A stretch of 64,000 bases of DNA, from positions 960,076 to 1,024,075 of the forward strand of contig OZ246958.1 of NCBI GenBank assembly GCA_965232115.1. The letters are read 5' to 3'. Shown here piece by piece: positions 1 through 9,653 of the stretch. The first letter of the stretch is position 1. The number at the start of each line of letters is the position of its first letter. This stretch comes from Candidatus Poribacteria bacterium. GTDB lineage: Bacteria; Poribacteria; WGA-4E; WGA-3G. A program made the translations under genes and the position numbers. The notes under the pieces were generated by a model. The model was not told where the DNA came from. It made no database searches and worked only from the letters and a program-made list of their open reading frames with translations.

Positions 1-916
1 GCCTGAAGACACTGCTGCGGAGGTTCAGGTTGCCGCTGAACGCGGGTACCGCGGTCTGAAATGCAAAGCGCGCGCCTTCTACGATGTCGTTGAGCAGTCA
101 AAGGCGATTCAAGACGTTGCACCGCCGGATTTTCGCGTGGAGTTTGACTTCAACGGTTCGCTCATCAATGTTGAGAAAGCATTGCCAATCCTGCGGGAAC
201 TGGAAAAGATTCCGGTTGTCAAAGGTCTTGAAGAGCCGATCTTTGCGTATGATGTAGAGGGTTGGCGGCGACTGCATCAAGAGATTCGGATTCCGTTTTA
301 TCTGCACGGGGTTGGTGTTATCCGAGAGGGCGCGTCGCGTCAACCCTCCGGTCCTTGGATTGGACTGCGATCGGGTGATTTTGACGGTGCGTTATGTAGC
401 CACGAAAGTGTCAAAAGTGCCTTGGCATCGGGGTGGGCTTTTGCTGCCGCGAACACGCCAATCCTGCTGCAGTATGTCGGTACGGGTATCACGGCAGCGT
501 TCGGGTGTCATCTGGGAGCGGTGATGCTGACGGCTACGCTACCGGGTGTCACGGCGAGTCATGCTTACGAAGACGACTTGATTGTTACATCGCACAAAGT
601 CCAACGCGGATTTATGCAAGTCCCAAAAGGTGCGGGTTTGGGTGTTGTATTGGACGAAGATGCTCTGGAACGCTATTCCCAAACGCCTGAACCGAAATGG
701 AAACGGCATATTTCTGTTGTCACACTACCGGGTGGCGTGAAGCACTACTATCGAAACCTACAGCAGGCTGAACGTCTCATGAAGCAAGGGGTAGACGAAT
801 CTTATGCGCCGGGTGTGCGTCTGGATGAGTGGGAAGATGACGGCAGTGAAGCCTTCGATAGGTTATTCAAGCGGTTGCAGGAGAGGGATTGGCCCGTATG
901 GGAAGCCTTGACTTAG
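1..916 (+). CDS. Enolase-superfamily enzyme (mandelate racemase/muconate lactonizing family), 5'-partial
   Basis: The frame is open from position 2 (PEDTAAEVQVAAERGYRGLKCKAR...) and continues into the 259-aa ORF. It has a KxK motif and MR/MLE-like C-terminal barrel residues. The gene starts upstream of the window. Confidence 0.55.
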   Translation, partial: PEDTAAEVQVAAERGYRGLKCKARAFYDVVEQSKAIQDVAPPDFRVEFDFNGSLINVEKALPILRELEKIPVVKGLEEPIFAYDVEGWRRLHQEIRIPFYLHGVGVIREGASRQPSGPWIGLRSGDFDGALCSHESVKSALASGWAFAAANTPILLQYVGTGITAAFGCHLGAVMLTATLPGVTASHAYEDDLIVTSHKVQRGFMQVPKGAGLGVVLDEDALERYSQTPEPKWKRHISVVTLPGGVKHYYRNLQQAERLMKQGVDESYAPGVRLDEWEDDGSEAFDRLFKRLQERDWPVWEALT

Positions 917-933
917 TAAAGGAGTGAAATGTT

Positions 934-1743
934 ATGATGACCCCTGAACAGCGGTATCTTTTTGATGTTACCGGATACCTTCATCTGAAGAATGTTATGA
1001 GTGAAGAAGAACTAAAAGCGGCGCAAGACGCAGCACAGGAATACATCAATACCCCTACCGAAAAACTCCCTCCCGGATTTGATTCCAGCGAAAAAAACCT
1101 CCCAAACGGCTTCGCCTTTGCGAAACCCTTAGAAGCACTTACGATGCACCGATCCACTTGGCCGATTATTAAAGAGTTAACCAATAACAAACCACAGCTC
1201 CTGCGCGGGACGATGATTGCGGATCGGGCGGGTGTGTCGGAATCGGCGGAAGGATTGCGCTTGCATTGCGCTCGAGAAGATTTTGGATGGCACGCCAATC
1301 GTTATGAGGTACGGAACGGTCGCATCTTTTGTGACGATTTTGTTATTTTTCCCTACCTATACGATGTGAACCCCGGAGATGGCGGGTTGCTGGTTGTTCC
1401 GGGTACACACAAAACTGTTTTTGATCGTCCTGAACACCTCTATAACAATGGGCAGATTAAGGATGCCGATGATATTCCAGAAGGGGTGGTTAACATCACG
1501 CCAAAGGCAGGGGATTTCGTAATCATCTCTGAACTCTTGACGCACGGTGCGCTGCCTTGGAAACCGAAGGATCGGTATCGTTGTGTCCTGACCTTACGCT
1601 ACAGACCGCAACACCGTGGTGAGAGTCGGGTGTCGGAAGAGGTTAGGAAACGATTGTCCCCGGAAACGTTGGAACTCATCTCCCAGGCAGGTCACTTTGA
1701 CACGAAAGAGATCGTTAAAAAGGACGTTATTACGTTGACATAA
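934..1743 (+). CDS. Phytanoyl-CoA dioxygenase (PhyH) family Fe(II)/2-oxoglutarate oxygenase
   Basis: 269-aa ORF with a PhyH-like N-terminus (LFDVTGYLHLKNVMSEEELKAAQDA). A Shine-Dalgarno sequence (AAAGGAG) sits 8 nt before ATG. Confidence 0.7.
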   Translation: MMTPEQRYLFDVTGYLHLKNVMSEEELKAAQDAAQEYINTPTEKLPPGFDSSEKNLPNGFAFAKPLEALTMHRSTWPIIKELTNNKPQLLRGTMIADRAGVSESAEGLRLHCAREDFGWHANRYEVRNGRIFCDDFVIFPYLYDVNPGDGGLLVVPGTHKTVFDRPEHLYNNGQIKDADDIPEGVVNITPKAGDFVIISELLTHGALPWKPKDRYRCVLTLRYRPQHRGESRVSEEVRKRLSPETLELISQAGHFDTKEIVKKDVITLT

Positions 1744-1807
1744 TCGGGGTTACAAACCCCTCCTACAGATGGATTATTTGGGGTTACAAACCCTCCCACG
1801 AATTTTA

Positions 1808-2683
1808 CTAATAGACGGGTCTCACTGCTGGAGCAGCGTGCTGCTCACACCATGCGGCGAGCGGGCTGTCACCACCACCGGCATAATACTCTTTCGTCTT
1901 CTTGAAGGGTTCTCCAACCAGATACTGACCGAGTGGCGATAGTTTATCCAACAATCTCTGTTCCTGCGTTCGGTAGTCCAGGGGCATCAGCCATCGGTAC
2001 CCATAGCCGAACATCACAGCCTTGCGAATTTGATCGGTTAAGTTCGCGCCGCCTGCGTGCAGGATACGGTTCTCAAACAGCAGGCAGTCCCCAGGTCGTA
2101 AACTCGGTTCAAATGCCCCCTCTGGATCTGTTTGTCCTTCTGGGACGGGAATCGGATCAGGAAGATTGTTGCTTCCGGGGACAACGAGTGTTGCACCGGA
2201 GTTGGGTTCACTCAGATCGGTCAGGTAGTAGGCGCATTTTAGTAGAACGCGTGGTACCTTGTCGCCGAGTACCTTTGTCGCGGTCCCGTAGTCGCGATGC
2301 CAACCGGGTACGCGAGCGGTATCGGGTGTGCCCGGTGGATCGGGATATTTGTATATCAGATGCGAGACCACTAATTGTAAGTGTGCGCCGAGAAGTTGTG
2401 CCACGACCGAGAGCATCGTCTTGTGGGCGAGTAGCGGGATGAAGGCATCGTCAATAGCGACGCAATTTCGGAAGCCGTCGTATAAGCCGCTGGGGTATGT
2501 TTGGCGTTTCTCACGCAGATCGCTTGCTATGAGTCGGTCGCTTGCTTCAATGAGTTTGTCAACCGTCTCCGAGTCGAGCACATTCCGTATGATGAGATAG
2601 CCTTTATCGTCAAAGTGCTGTATGTCCTCATTGGAGAGTGGGTGCCAGTCTAAGTCAGTTAACGCTTCGCTTGTGTGTGGCAT
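1808..2683 (-). CDS. Phytanoyl-CoA dioxygenase (PhyH) family protein
   Basis: 291-aa ORF with N-terminus LSNEDIQHFDDKGYLIIRNVLDSETVDKL, typical of PhyH. It is convergent with the previous gene. Confidence 0.7.
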   Translation of the reverse strand: MPHTSEALTDLDWHPLSNEDIQHFDDKGYLIIRNVLDSETVDKLIEASDRLIASDLREKRQTYPSGLYDGFRNCVAIDDAFIPLLAHKTMLSVVAQLLGAHLQLVVSHLIYKYPDPPGTPDTARVPGWHRDYGTATKVLGDKVPRVLLKCAYYLTDLSEPNSGATLVVPGSNNLPDPIPVPEGQTDPEGAFEPSLRPGDCLLFENRILHAGGANLTDQIRKAVMFGYGYRWLMPLDYRTQEQRLLDKLSPLGQYLVGEPFKKTKEYYAGGGDSPLAAWCEQHAAPAVRPVY

Positions 2684-2813
2684 TGCTTTTGCTCCCGTGT
2701 TTTTGTAAAAGCATCAATAAAGTTGTTTGGCTACACGCTGGTCTATTTACCTGCTATTTGTTTGATTTCCATATTTACAATAGAATTAAAGGTGGAGAAA
2801 TTGCGGTGAAAAT

Positions 2814-3140
2814 CTATTGGTTGACTAATAAAGATTGATTGGGTTTAAAATCTGTGCTGCCGCGAAAATCTTTGAACGATCTGATATGCGGTGCTACAAT
2901 TCTCCATTGCGTTCTAGCGTAAGCGTTGATGAATTCTGAAACAACAAGTACATCAATATAAATCTGACTATTTGCGTTCAGAATACGGTTAAAAACCTGC
3001 GAGTAGATTTGATTCCAATGATTTCGCGGCTCCCGGGGACCAAACAGGTACAACCAGATATTAGCATCTAGAAAGAATTTGTCTTGTGAAGTGAAGTTGT
3101 AGTGAAGCACCTCAGCTGTCTTATACTTCATCGTCATCAT
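2814..3140 (-). CDS. Putative PIN-like nuclease fragment (possibly C-terminally truncated)
   Basis: An FLDANIWLYLFGP motif resembles the first acidic motif of PIN domains, and a VVSEF motif follows later. The start is chosen at the internal Met (MKYK) overlapping the upstream gene stop. The ORF ends before a full PIN length. Confidence 0.3.
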   Translation of the reverse strand: MMTMKYKTAEVLHYNFTSQDKFFLDANIWLYLFGPREPRNHWNQIYSQVFNRILNANSQIYIDVLVVSEFINAYARTQWRIVAPHIRSFKDFRGSTDFKPNQSLLVNQ

Positions 3141-3486
3141 CGCCCATGACTTCTCGTACCGCTTGGTTGAACCTCTCTGGATCTTTGAAGTACAATTTGG
3201 CATTGTTAACAGCACTCTTCAACAGCCTAAGATCATTTTGTGCTGCATCCTCTACCTTCAACAGAGAACGAATTTTTTCTTCACTGAACGTCCCATATAA
3301 TTCACCGATCGCGGCAGTGAGAAAAGCTGTTGTTAAGGCAGTGACATTGTGAAATGAGAGGACGACATCTTGATTCGCTCTCAGCGCGGCATCAAGGTGT
3401 TTGTAAACTTTCTGACCGTCGTCAGAAGCAACACAGAAAGGGCTGCCTACGATTTCAAACATGGATATTCTAATATTTTCTGACAC
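3121..3486 (-). CDS. STAS-like DUF4325 family protein
   Basis: 121-aa ORF. FEIVGSPFCVASDDGQKVY...VVLSFHNVTALTTAFLTAAIGELY matches the DUF4325 (STAS-like) signature. It is overlap-coupled to the downstream PIN-like ORF. Confidence 0.55.
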   Translation of the reverse strand: MSENIRISMFEIVGSPFCVASDDGQKVYKHLDAALRANQDVVLSFHNVTALTTAFLTAAIGELYGTFSEEKIRSLLKVEDAAQNDLRLLKSAVNNAKLYFKDPERFNQAVREVMGDDDDEV

Positions 3487-3597
3487 AGTTATCTCCTTAA
3501 GAAATCATATTCCAGATAATCGTAATATTCCAGAATCTGTTTAAGGGCATTTACGACTTGCTGATTTTCCGATAAACTCATAAGACGAATCTCCGTG

Positions 3598-5661
3598 CTA
3601 TCCTAACATTTTCACAAAAGCCTCAATATCTGTTGTAGGAGCTTGACAGACGTAGTTCTCACACACATACGCCGTTGCGGTGTTGTCAATTTGGGTTTTA
3701 CCGGCGAGGAGTGGTAACGTTTGTCCGTCGGTGGATTCGCTCAAGGCGACGATTTTGTTGGGTTGGTAGATGCCGTGCAGTGCCGCTAACATTGCCTCTG
3801 TTTTCACATCTTCTTGTTCCCCAACAATCGCAATTTCTTTCGGTGTCGATAGCAGGAACGCTAACTCGCAGAGGAGCTGACCGGATCCTGATGGCATCCG
3901 CTCCATCTGATGGAAGTAGAGCAACAAGGTCTCAACGGCTGTGTCGTGGAATTCGGGGTTGTCGAGGTGTTTGGCAAGCCGCAGCAGACTATGGATCGCC
4001 ATAGATGCCCCAGAAGGTGTTGCGCCGTCGTAAGCGGATTTGGATTGGACGATAAGTGTCTCGTGCGCTTTCCCAGTGAAGAAGAATCCGTCGCCTGCGT
4101 CGTCCCCGAACTGGTCAATCATAATGTGTGCGAGACGTTCGGCTTCTGTGAGCCATCTCGGTTCAAAACTGGCTTCGTAGAGTGCTATCAATCCAGCGAT
4201 GAAATAGGAGTAGTCTTCAAGATAGGCGTTGAGGTGGCTCTTGCCATCACGGTAGGTGCGTAAGAGAAGACCGTTGTCTTGGGAAAGCGTCGTCAGGACG
4301 AATTCAGCGGATTTTTCGCACGCCTCAAGGTATTCGGATTTCCCGGTGAGTTGGTAACCCATCGCCATGCCGCGAATCATAATTCCGTTCCAACTGGTGA
4401 GGATTTTATCGTCCAGTCCGGGTTTAATCCGCTTTTCTCGCGCGTCAAACAGTTTCTGTTTCCCATCTGCGAGGAGCGTCTCCAGTTCGCTGACCTCCAT
4501 ACGGAGTTTTCGGGCAAAGATGTCGGGTGGCACTTGGACATGAAGAATGTTTTCACCTTCAAAGTTACCCTGTGGGGTGATGTCGTAGTACTCACAGAAG
4601 ATTTCGGCGTTCTCTTCACCGATGATGTCTTCCACATCGTTGGGTTCCCAGACGAAGAATTTGCCCTCTACGCCTTCACTGTCTGCGTCTTGCGTGGAGT
4701 AGAAACCGCCGTTTTCTGCGTCGTACATCTCACGGAGCACATAGTCGAGCGTTTCTGTGGCGATGTCGCGGTAGAACGGTTTTTGGGTGGCTTGATACGC
4801 CTCAAAATAGGCAACAACGAGTTGGGCATTGTCATAAAGCATCTTCTCGAAGTGTGGGACGAGCCAGTGTGCGTCGGTGGAGTATCGATGGAAACCGCCG
4901 CCGAGTTGGTCGTACATGCCCCCGCGTGCCATCTTCTCCAGTGTGAGTTCGACCATCTCTAAGGCGTTGGCGTTGCCACTGTGGTGCCAATAGCGGAGTA
5001 GGAACGGCAGTCCCATGCTGGGTGGGAATTTTGGGGCGTTACCGAATCCGCCGTGATGCGAATCGAATTGGGAACGGTAGTTTTGGAAAGCGTTGGTCAT
5101 GAGTTCTTCAGTGAGTTCGTGATGGTGTGGATCGACGACGTTGCTCATCTGCGCGAGATGTGCTGTGATTTGATCGGCTTGCTGCAGGACCTGTGTATTC
5201 TGATCGCTAAACGCCTCTGCTACAGCGTTCATCACTTTCGGGAATCCGGGTCTACCGTATCGGTCAGTCGGTGGATAATAGGTGCCGCCGTAAAAGGGTT
5301 TGAGATCTGGGGTGAGGAAAACCGTCATGGGCCAGCCGCCTTGCCGCGTCATGATTTGGACGGCGTTCATGTAGATTTCATCTAAATCGGGGCGTTCTTC
5401 TCTATCAACTTTGATGTTGATGAAGAGTTCGTTCATAACAGCTGCGATCTCTTCGTTTTCAAAGGACTCGCGTTCCATGACGTGGCACCAGTGGCATGCG
5501 GAGTAGCCGATACTTAGGAGGATGGGTTTCTGTTCTTGCTTGGCGCGTGCGAGTGCTTCTTCGCCCCACGGATACCAGTCGACGGGATTGTGTGCGTGCT
5601 GGAGTAGGTAGGGACTTGTTTCGTGGATAAGGCGGTTGGTGTGTTCGGGTGTATCGTGCAT
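3598..5661 (-). CDS. Thioredoxin-domain protein, YyaL/DUF255 family (N-acylglucosamine 2-epimerase-like fold)
   Basis: 687 aa with N-terminus [53 protein letters not shown], which is the DUF255 signature. Confidence 0.8.
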   Translation of the reverse strand: MHDTPEHTNRLIHETSPYLLQHAHNPVDWYPWGEEALARAKQEQKPILLSIGYSACHWCHVMERESFENEEIAAVMNELFINIKVDREERPDLDEIYMNAVQIMTRQGGWPMTVFLTPDLKPFYGGTYYPPTDRYGRPGFPKVMNAVAEAFSDQNTQVLQQADQITAHLAQMSNVVDPHHHELTEELMTNAFQNYRSQFDSHHGGFGNAPKFPPSMGLPFLLRYWHHSGNANALEMVELTLEKMARGGMYDQLGGGFHRYSTDAHWLVPHFEKMLYDNAQLVVAYFEAYQATQKPFYRDIATETLDYVLREMYDAENGGFYSTQDADSEGVEGKFFVWEPNDVEDIIGEENAEIFCEYYDITPQGNFEGENILHVQVPPDIFARKLRMEVSELETLLADGKQKLFDAREKRIKPGLDDKILTSWNGIMIRGMAMGYQLTGKSEYLEACEKSAEFVLTTLSQDNGLLLRTYRDGKSHLNAYLEDYSYFIAGLIALYEASFEPRWLTEAERLAHIMIDQFGDDAGDGFFFTGKAHETLIVQSKSAYDGATPSGASMAIHSLLRLAKHLDNPEFHDTAVETLLLYFHQMERMPSGSGQLLCELAFLLSTPKEIAIVGEQEDVKTEAMLAALHGIYQPNKIVALSESTDGQTLPLLAGKTQIDNTATAYVCENYVCQAPTTDIEAFVKMLG

Positions 5662-5743
5662 TGGTAGTTTCTCCAGCGTTTTTTAAAGACATGAAAAAAT
5701 GAGCGATCCCAAAGTGTGGCACCGCTCTTGTAGGTAAAGCAAA

Positions 5744-5815
5744 TACCGCTACGGGGATTCGAACCCCGGTTTGGTGGCTGAGAACCACCCGTCCTGACCC
5801 CTAGACGATAGCGGC
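5744..5815 (-). tRNA. tRNA-Glu (anticodon CUC)
   Basis: The reverse complement GCCGCTATCGTCTAGGGGTCAGGACGGGTGGTTCTCAGCCACC...GGTTCGAATCCCCGTAGCGGTA folds as a cloverleaf. The anticodon loop is UUCUCAG and the T-loop is GGTTCGAATCC. There is no encoded CCA. Confidence 0.8.
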
Positions 5816-5827
5816 GTATTAAAGAGA

Positions 5828-5898
5828 CTGCCCGGGAAGGACTCGAACCTTCACTACGTGGTCCAGAGCCACGCGTCCTACCATTAGACGACCGGGCA
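5828..5898 (-). tRNA. tRNA-Gln (anticodon CUG)
   Basis: The reverse complement TGCCCGGTCGTCTAATGGTAGGACGCGTGGCTCTGGACCACG...GGTTCGAGTCCTTCCCGGGCAG has a 7-bp acceptor stem. The anticodon loop is CUCUGGA. Confidence 0.8.
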
Positions 5899-5976
5899 TT
5901 GACGCGCGTTTATTTAAGACGCGCCGTGTTTTTTTAAGTATACCTTAATGAATCCTGCTTATTAATTTTTCATGGG

Positions 5977-6084
5977 TGAGTAATTTAACTTTTCTTGGCA
6001 TGTCTTATAGCAGTGCCTACGATTGTTCCCAAACCAGTGAGAAAAACAATGAACACACCGGCAATGACCCATTCCATCCAGTTC
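5977..6084 (-). CDS. Small single-TM peptide (35 aa, MNWMEWVIAGVFIVFLTGLGTIVGTAIRHAKKS)
   Basis: A strong GGAGG Shine-Dalgarno sequence sits 7 nt upstream of ATG. It lies 3 nt after the stop of the upstream 74-aa membrane ORF. It is below the 60-aa ORF-track cutoff. Confidence 0.3.
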
Positions 6085-6088
6085 ATTA

Positions 6089-6313
6089 CTATTCCTCCAA
6101 TTCATCAATCTTCCGATATGCTATCCTATTAATCAAGACATTTAGAAATGTGAGCAGAATTACCGCAAAAGCTCCTATTAGGAAAAGAAACGAATTAACT
6201 TTCCCATAATTTTGGACTAGCCAAGCGATTAAAGAAATATCAGTAGCGAGCAAAATAGCAAATATAACCTTTAACCAACCAATTTCTTCTTTGAGTTTAT
6301 CAATTCGTCCCAT
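6089..6313 (-). CDS. Small two-TM membrane protein (74 aa), hypothetical
   Basis: It has hydrophobic segments FAILLATDISLIAWLV and FLFLIGAFAVILLTFLNVLI. It is coupled to the downstream 35-aa peptide. Confidence 0.35.
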   Translation of the reverse strand: MGRIDKLKEEIGWLKVIFAILLATDISLIAWLVQNYGKVNSFLFLIGAFAVILLTFLNVLINRIAYRKIDELEE

Positions 6314-6414
6314 GTTGATCCATCATTTTTTGAATTGGGAAAAAACAACCTTTCTACAAATATTATACCTTAAAAATAGAACCTTGTGCAAGACAAAACA
6401 GAATTGTGGGAAAT

Positions 6415-7911
6415 TTACTGCATCGGTAGGACCGAAACGGATATATTGGAGAAGGTATAGAAGATATTGATAAACCCGATGAGGATTGTTGGGATTACAA
6501 AGACGCTCAAGAGGGCAAAAGTGCCGGTGGAAAAAGTGGTACTTGTGCTCGCTGTTTCATCGTCAGCGGCTTCGAGATACATCGCTTTCACAATACGAGC
6601 GTAATAGTAGAGCGAAACTACACTGTTCAGCAGACCGACGAACGCCAACCAGTAATACCCCTGCTCAAGGACGGCCGCGAAGAGGAGCCATTTCCCGAAG
6701 AAACCGGCGAACGGCGGGATGCCCGTTAGCGAGAAGAGGAAAATCGCCATTGCGCCTGCGACTAACGGTGCGCGTGAGGCGAGTCCGCGGTATCCTTCAA
6801 TCATTTCGCTGCCTTCTTCGTTTGCAATGAGGACAACAACATAGAATGCCCCCAAATTCATAAAGAGGTAGACGACGAGGTAAAAGAGGATCGCGCCGAT
6901 GCCTTCAGATGTAAGCAGGACACCCCCCATTAGTAGATAACCCCCGTGGGCGATGCTTGAATATGCCAATAGACGTTTCACGTTCTGCTGAGGGAGTGCA
7001 GCGAGGTTTCCGACAGTCATCGTCAAGGCGGAGACGATCGCCAACATAAGCGTCCAATCAACCGATTGCAGGACTTCAGAACTGCTAAACCCGGAATAGA
7101 AGAATCGAATGAACAAGGCAAATCCTGCGGATTTTGAGGCAACAGATAGGAAGGCAGTTATCGGGATAGGTGCGCCTTCATAAACATCTGGGGACCACAT
7201 GTGGAACGGCACGGAGGCTATCTTATAGCCGACACCGGCGAGGACGAAGATAATCGCAATCAACACAGTGAGCGGATAAACTTCACCGGCTGCTAAGAGT
7301 TCAGTGAGTCTTATGCTGATTTGCCCAAGATCACCCGTTCCAGCCATGCCGAACAGGAACGAGAGCCCGAACAGCATCGTTCCCGAGGCGACTGCACCAT
7401 ACGTGATATATTTGAACGCCGCTTCACTTGAGCGCGGACTGTGCGTTAGAAATCCGGCGAGAATGTAGGAGGTCAGACTCACCGTTTCCAACGATATGAA
7501 TATCATCAGTAAGTTGGTTGAGGATGCCATCAAGAACATTCCGAGCGTGATGGCTAATAGGAGTGCGTAGTACTCACCCTTCAACTGTGCATCAAGTTCC
7601 TCAGAACGGATGGAGAAAAGAATCGTTGCTGTGGTTGCGAGGAGGAGGAGCACCTTGAAGAAGGTAGAGAATGCGTCGAGCCGGATCATCCCCAGAAAGA
7701 GGGAGATGGAAGCTCTGTCCCCGAGCTGCCCGTGCGTGAGAAGGACTGCAACGAATACGCAGCCAATACCTGCGAGGGAAAGATAGGCAACGGTTGAACT
7801 CTCCCTGTTTTTCACGCCGAGATCGACGAGGATGACGACAATAGCAGAAACGACTAACAGCAGCTCCGGAGTGAAATAGAGAAGGCTTTCGATGTTGCTT
7901 AAGGGTTGCAT
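6415..7911 (-). CDS. nuoN: NADH-quinone oxidoreductase subunit N
   Basis: The start is set at the internal Met (MQPLSNIESLLYFTPELLLVVSAIVVILVDLG) with GGAGG 12 nt upstream. It is a polytopic antiporter-like subunit and the last gene of the operon. Confidence 0.9.
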   Translation of the reverse strand: MQPLSNIESLLYFTPELLLVVSAIVVILVDLGVKNRESSTVAYLSLAGIGCVFVAVLLTHGQLGDRASISLFLGMIRLDAFSTFFKVLLLLATTATILFSIRSEELDAQLKGEYYALLLAITLGMFLMASSTNLLMIFISLETVSLTSYILAGFLTHSPRSSEAAFKYITYGAVASGTMLFGLSFLFGMAGTGDLGQISIRLTELLAAGEVYPLTVLIAIIFVLAGVGYKIASVPFHMWSPDVYEGAPIPITAFLSVASKSAGFALFIRFFYSGFSSSEVLQSVDWTLMLAIVSALTMTVGNLAALPQQNVKRLLAYSSIAHGGYLLMGGVLLTSEGIGAILFYLVVYLFMNLGAFYVVVLIANEEGSEMIEGYRGLASRAPLVAGAMAIFLFSLTGIPPFAGFFGKWLLFAAVLEQGYYWLAFVGLLNSVVSLYYYARIVKAMYLEAADDETASTSTTFSTGTFALLSVFVIPTILIGFINIFYTFSNISVSVLPMQ

Positions 7912-7927
7912 ACCGGACAAAAACCTC

Positions 7928-9439
7928 CTATATCGCCTGTAGCACGTTGACGAGGTTGGTGACGGACTCTCTGAACATATCAATGGCGAAGTTGGGCCAT
8001 ACACCGAGTACAATCGTGAGGATACCCAGCGGTGCCAACGTCAAGATTTCGCGTCCGTTGATTTCAGGGAGTGCTTCATATTTTGGGTTGAGTGTTCCTA
8101 AGAAAACGCGTTGGAGCGTCCAGAGGAAATAGGCTGCACCGACAACAATACCTATCGTTGATAAGATGGTCAGCATCTTGAATTTGTCGTAAGCACCGAG
8201 TAAGGAGAGTGCTTCCCCGACGAACCCACTCAAGCCGGGCAATCCCAAAGATGCCATGAACGCGAGCGTGGTAATGCCGGTGTAGACTGGCATTTTCGCG
8301 CCGAGACCACCGAACCCATTGATCTCGCGGTGGTGTGCCCTATCGTAGAGAACACCGACGAGCAAGAAGAGCATCCCACTGATGACCCCGTGGTTGAACA
8401 TCTGAAGAATCGCTCCCGTGATGCCTTCTGTATTCCGAGCAGCAAGCCCCAAGATAACGAATCCCATGTGTCCGATACTCGAGTACGCCACCAATTTCTT
8501 GAAATCGGTTTGTGCCAAGGCGCAGAAAGAACCGTAGACGATATTAACGAATCCCAGGATGGCTAAACTGTTTCCCCATGTGCCGGTTCCGTTACAGAAA
8601 AAGTCCATGCCTTGTGGGAACATTGCCATATTAACCCGTACCAATCCGTAGGTTCCCATTTTTAGCAGAATGCCCGCAAGAATAACGCTGATTGCAGTCG
8701 GTGCTTCGACGTGTGCATCGGGGAGCCATGTATGGAACGGGAAGATTGGCACTTTCACGGCAAATCCGATAAAGAAACCGAGGAAGACCCAAATTTGGAA
8801 GTTGAGGTCGTTCAGCGCATGTCCTGCAGTCGCTGCTAAAGTAATAAGGGTTGGGATGTCAAATGTCCGCGCGCCGGGTGCGCCGCTGTTGAGATAGACT
8901 GCGATCATCGCAACCAGCATCAGTACACTGCCGAAGAGTGTGTAAAGGAAAAACTTAATTGCAGCGTATTCACGACGCGGTCCGCCCCACACACCGATAA
9001 GGAAATACATCGGCAGTAGTGTGAGTTCAAAAAAGACGTAGAAAAGGAAGAGATCCAACGCGGCAAAGAAACCCAACATTCCTGTCTCAAGCAACAGGAA
9101 CAGTGCCATGTATGCTTTGATTCCCTTTTCGATGTTCCGCCAGGAGGCAATAACACAGATGGGACCTAAGAGGGCAGTGAGAAGCAGGAGCGTGACACTC
9201 AGACCGTCAATACCGACGTGGTATTGGATATTAAACGCTTGAATCCAAGGGACATTGACAACGTACTGCGTTCCTGCAGCTGATCGGTCGTAGGATATGA
9301 ATAAAGCGACTGCGAGTGCGAGCGGAATGAGCGTAAAGAGGAGCGTAACACGTTTAACGAGTTCCTCTGACTCGCGTGGCAGCAGCAAAACAACAATCAT
9401 CCCGAGCAGCGGGATAAAAATCATTAGGGACAATAACAT
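7928..9439 (-). CDS. nuoM: NADH-quinone oxidoreductase subunit M
   Basis: 503 aa with the NuoM N-terminus MLLSLMIFIPLLGMIVVLLLPRE... Confidence 0.9.
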   Translation of the reverse strand: MLLSLMIFIPLLGMIVVLLLPRESEELVKRVTLLFTLIPLALAVALFISYDRSAAGTQYVVNVPWIQAFNIQYHVGIDGLSVTLLLLTALLGPICVIASWRNIEKGIKAYMALFLLLETGMLGFFAALDLFLFYVFFELTLLPMYFLIGVWGGPRREYAAIKFFLYTLFGSVLMLVAMIAVYLNSGAPGARTFDIPTLITLAATAGHALNDLNFQIWVFLGFFIGFAVKVPIFPFHTWLPDAHVEAPTAISVILAGILLKMGTYGLVRVNMAMFPQGMDFFCNGTGTWGNSLAILGFVNIVYGSFCALAQTDFKKLVAYSSIGHMGFVILGLAARNTEGITGAILQMFNHGVISGMLFLLVGVLYDRAHHREINGFGGLGAKMPVYTGITTLAFMASLGLPGLSGFVGEALSLLGAYDKFKMLTILSTIGIVVGAAYFLWTLQRVFLGTLNPKYEALPEINGREILTLAPLGILTIVLGVWPNFAIDMFRESVTNLVNVLQAI

Positions 9440-9463
9440 CTCGTAGGGATCCTCCTTATCCCA

Positions 9464-9640
9464 TTACCGGGAAATCAAAAAGACGAGAAACAAAAGTACT
9501 GGGAACACAATTGGAGCGAGTACGAGCAAAATCTGCCCTCTCTTACGCCGCGTTTCGGGGTTCGGATGACGGACGAGCAGCCAAGCGATAGCAGCACCAA
9601 GCGGTACTCCAAAAAACGGAAGCAATTTAAGCAATACCAT
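9464..9640 (-). CDS. Small hydrophobic ORF (58 aa) between nuoL and nuoM
   Basis: MVLLKLLPFFGVPLGAAIAWLLVRHPNPETRRKRGQILLVLAPIVFPVLLFLVFLISR, with AAGGA upstream. It exactly fills the nuoL-nuoM spacer in the operon orientation. Confidence 0.35.
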   Translation of the reverse strand: MVLLKLLPFFGVPLGAAIAWLLVRHPNPETRRKRGQILLVLAPIVFPVLLFLVFLISR

Positions 9641-9653
9641 AACAAGTCCATCC

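Noticed and set aside
4279-4962. 227-aa plus-strand ORF within the YyaL gene, and similar antisense ORFs (1933-2442, 10257-10556, 44256-45020, 50799-51449)
   Set aside because: These ORFs lie antisense to strongly supported genes. They are long because of GC-rich codon bias on the opposite strand. No start signals are present.
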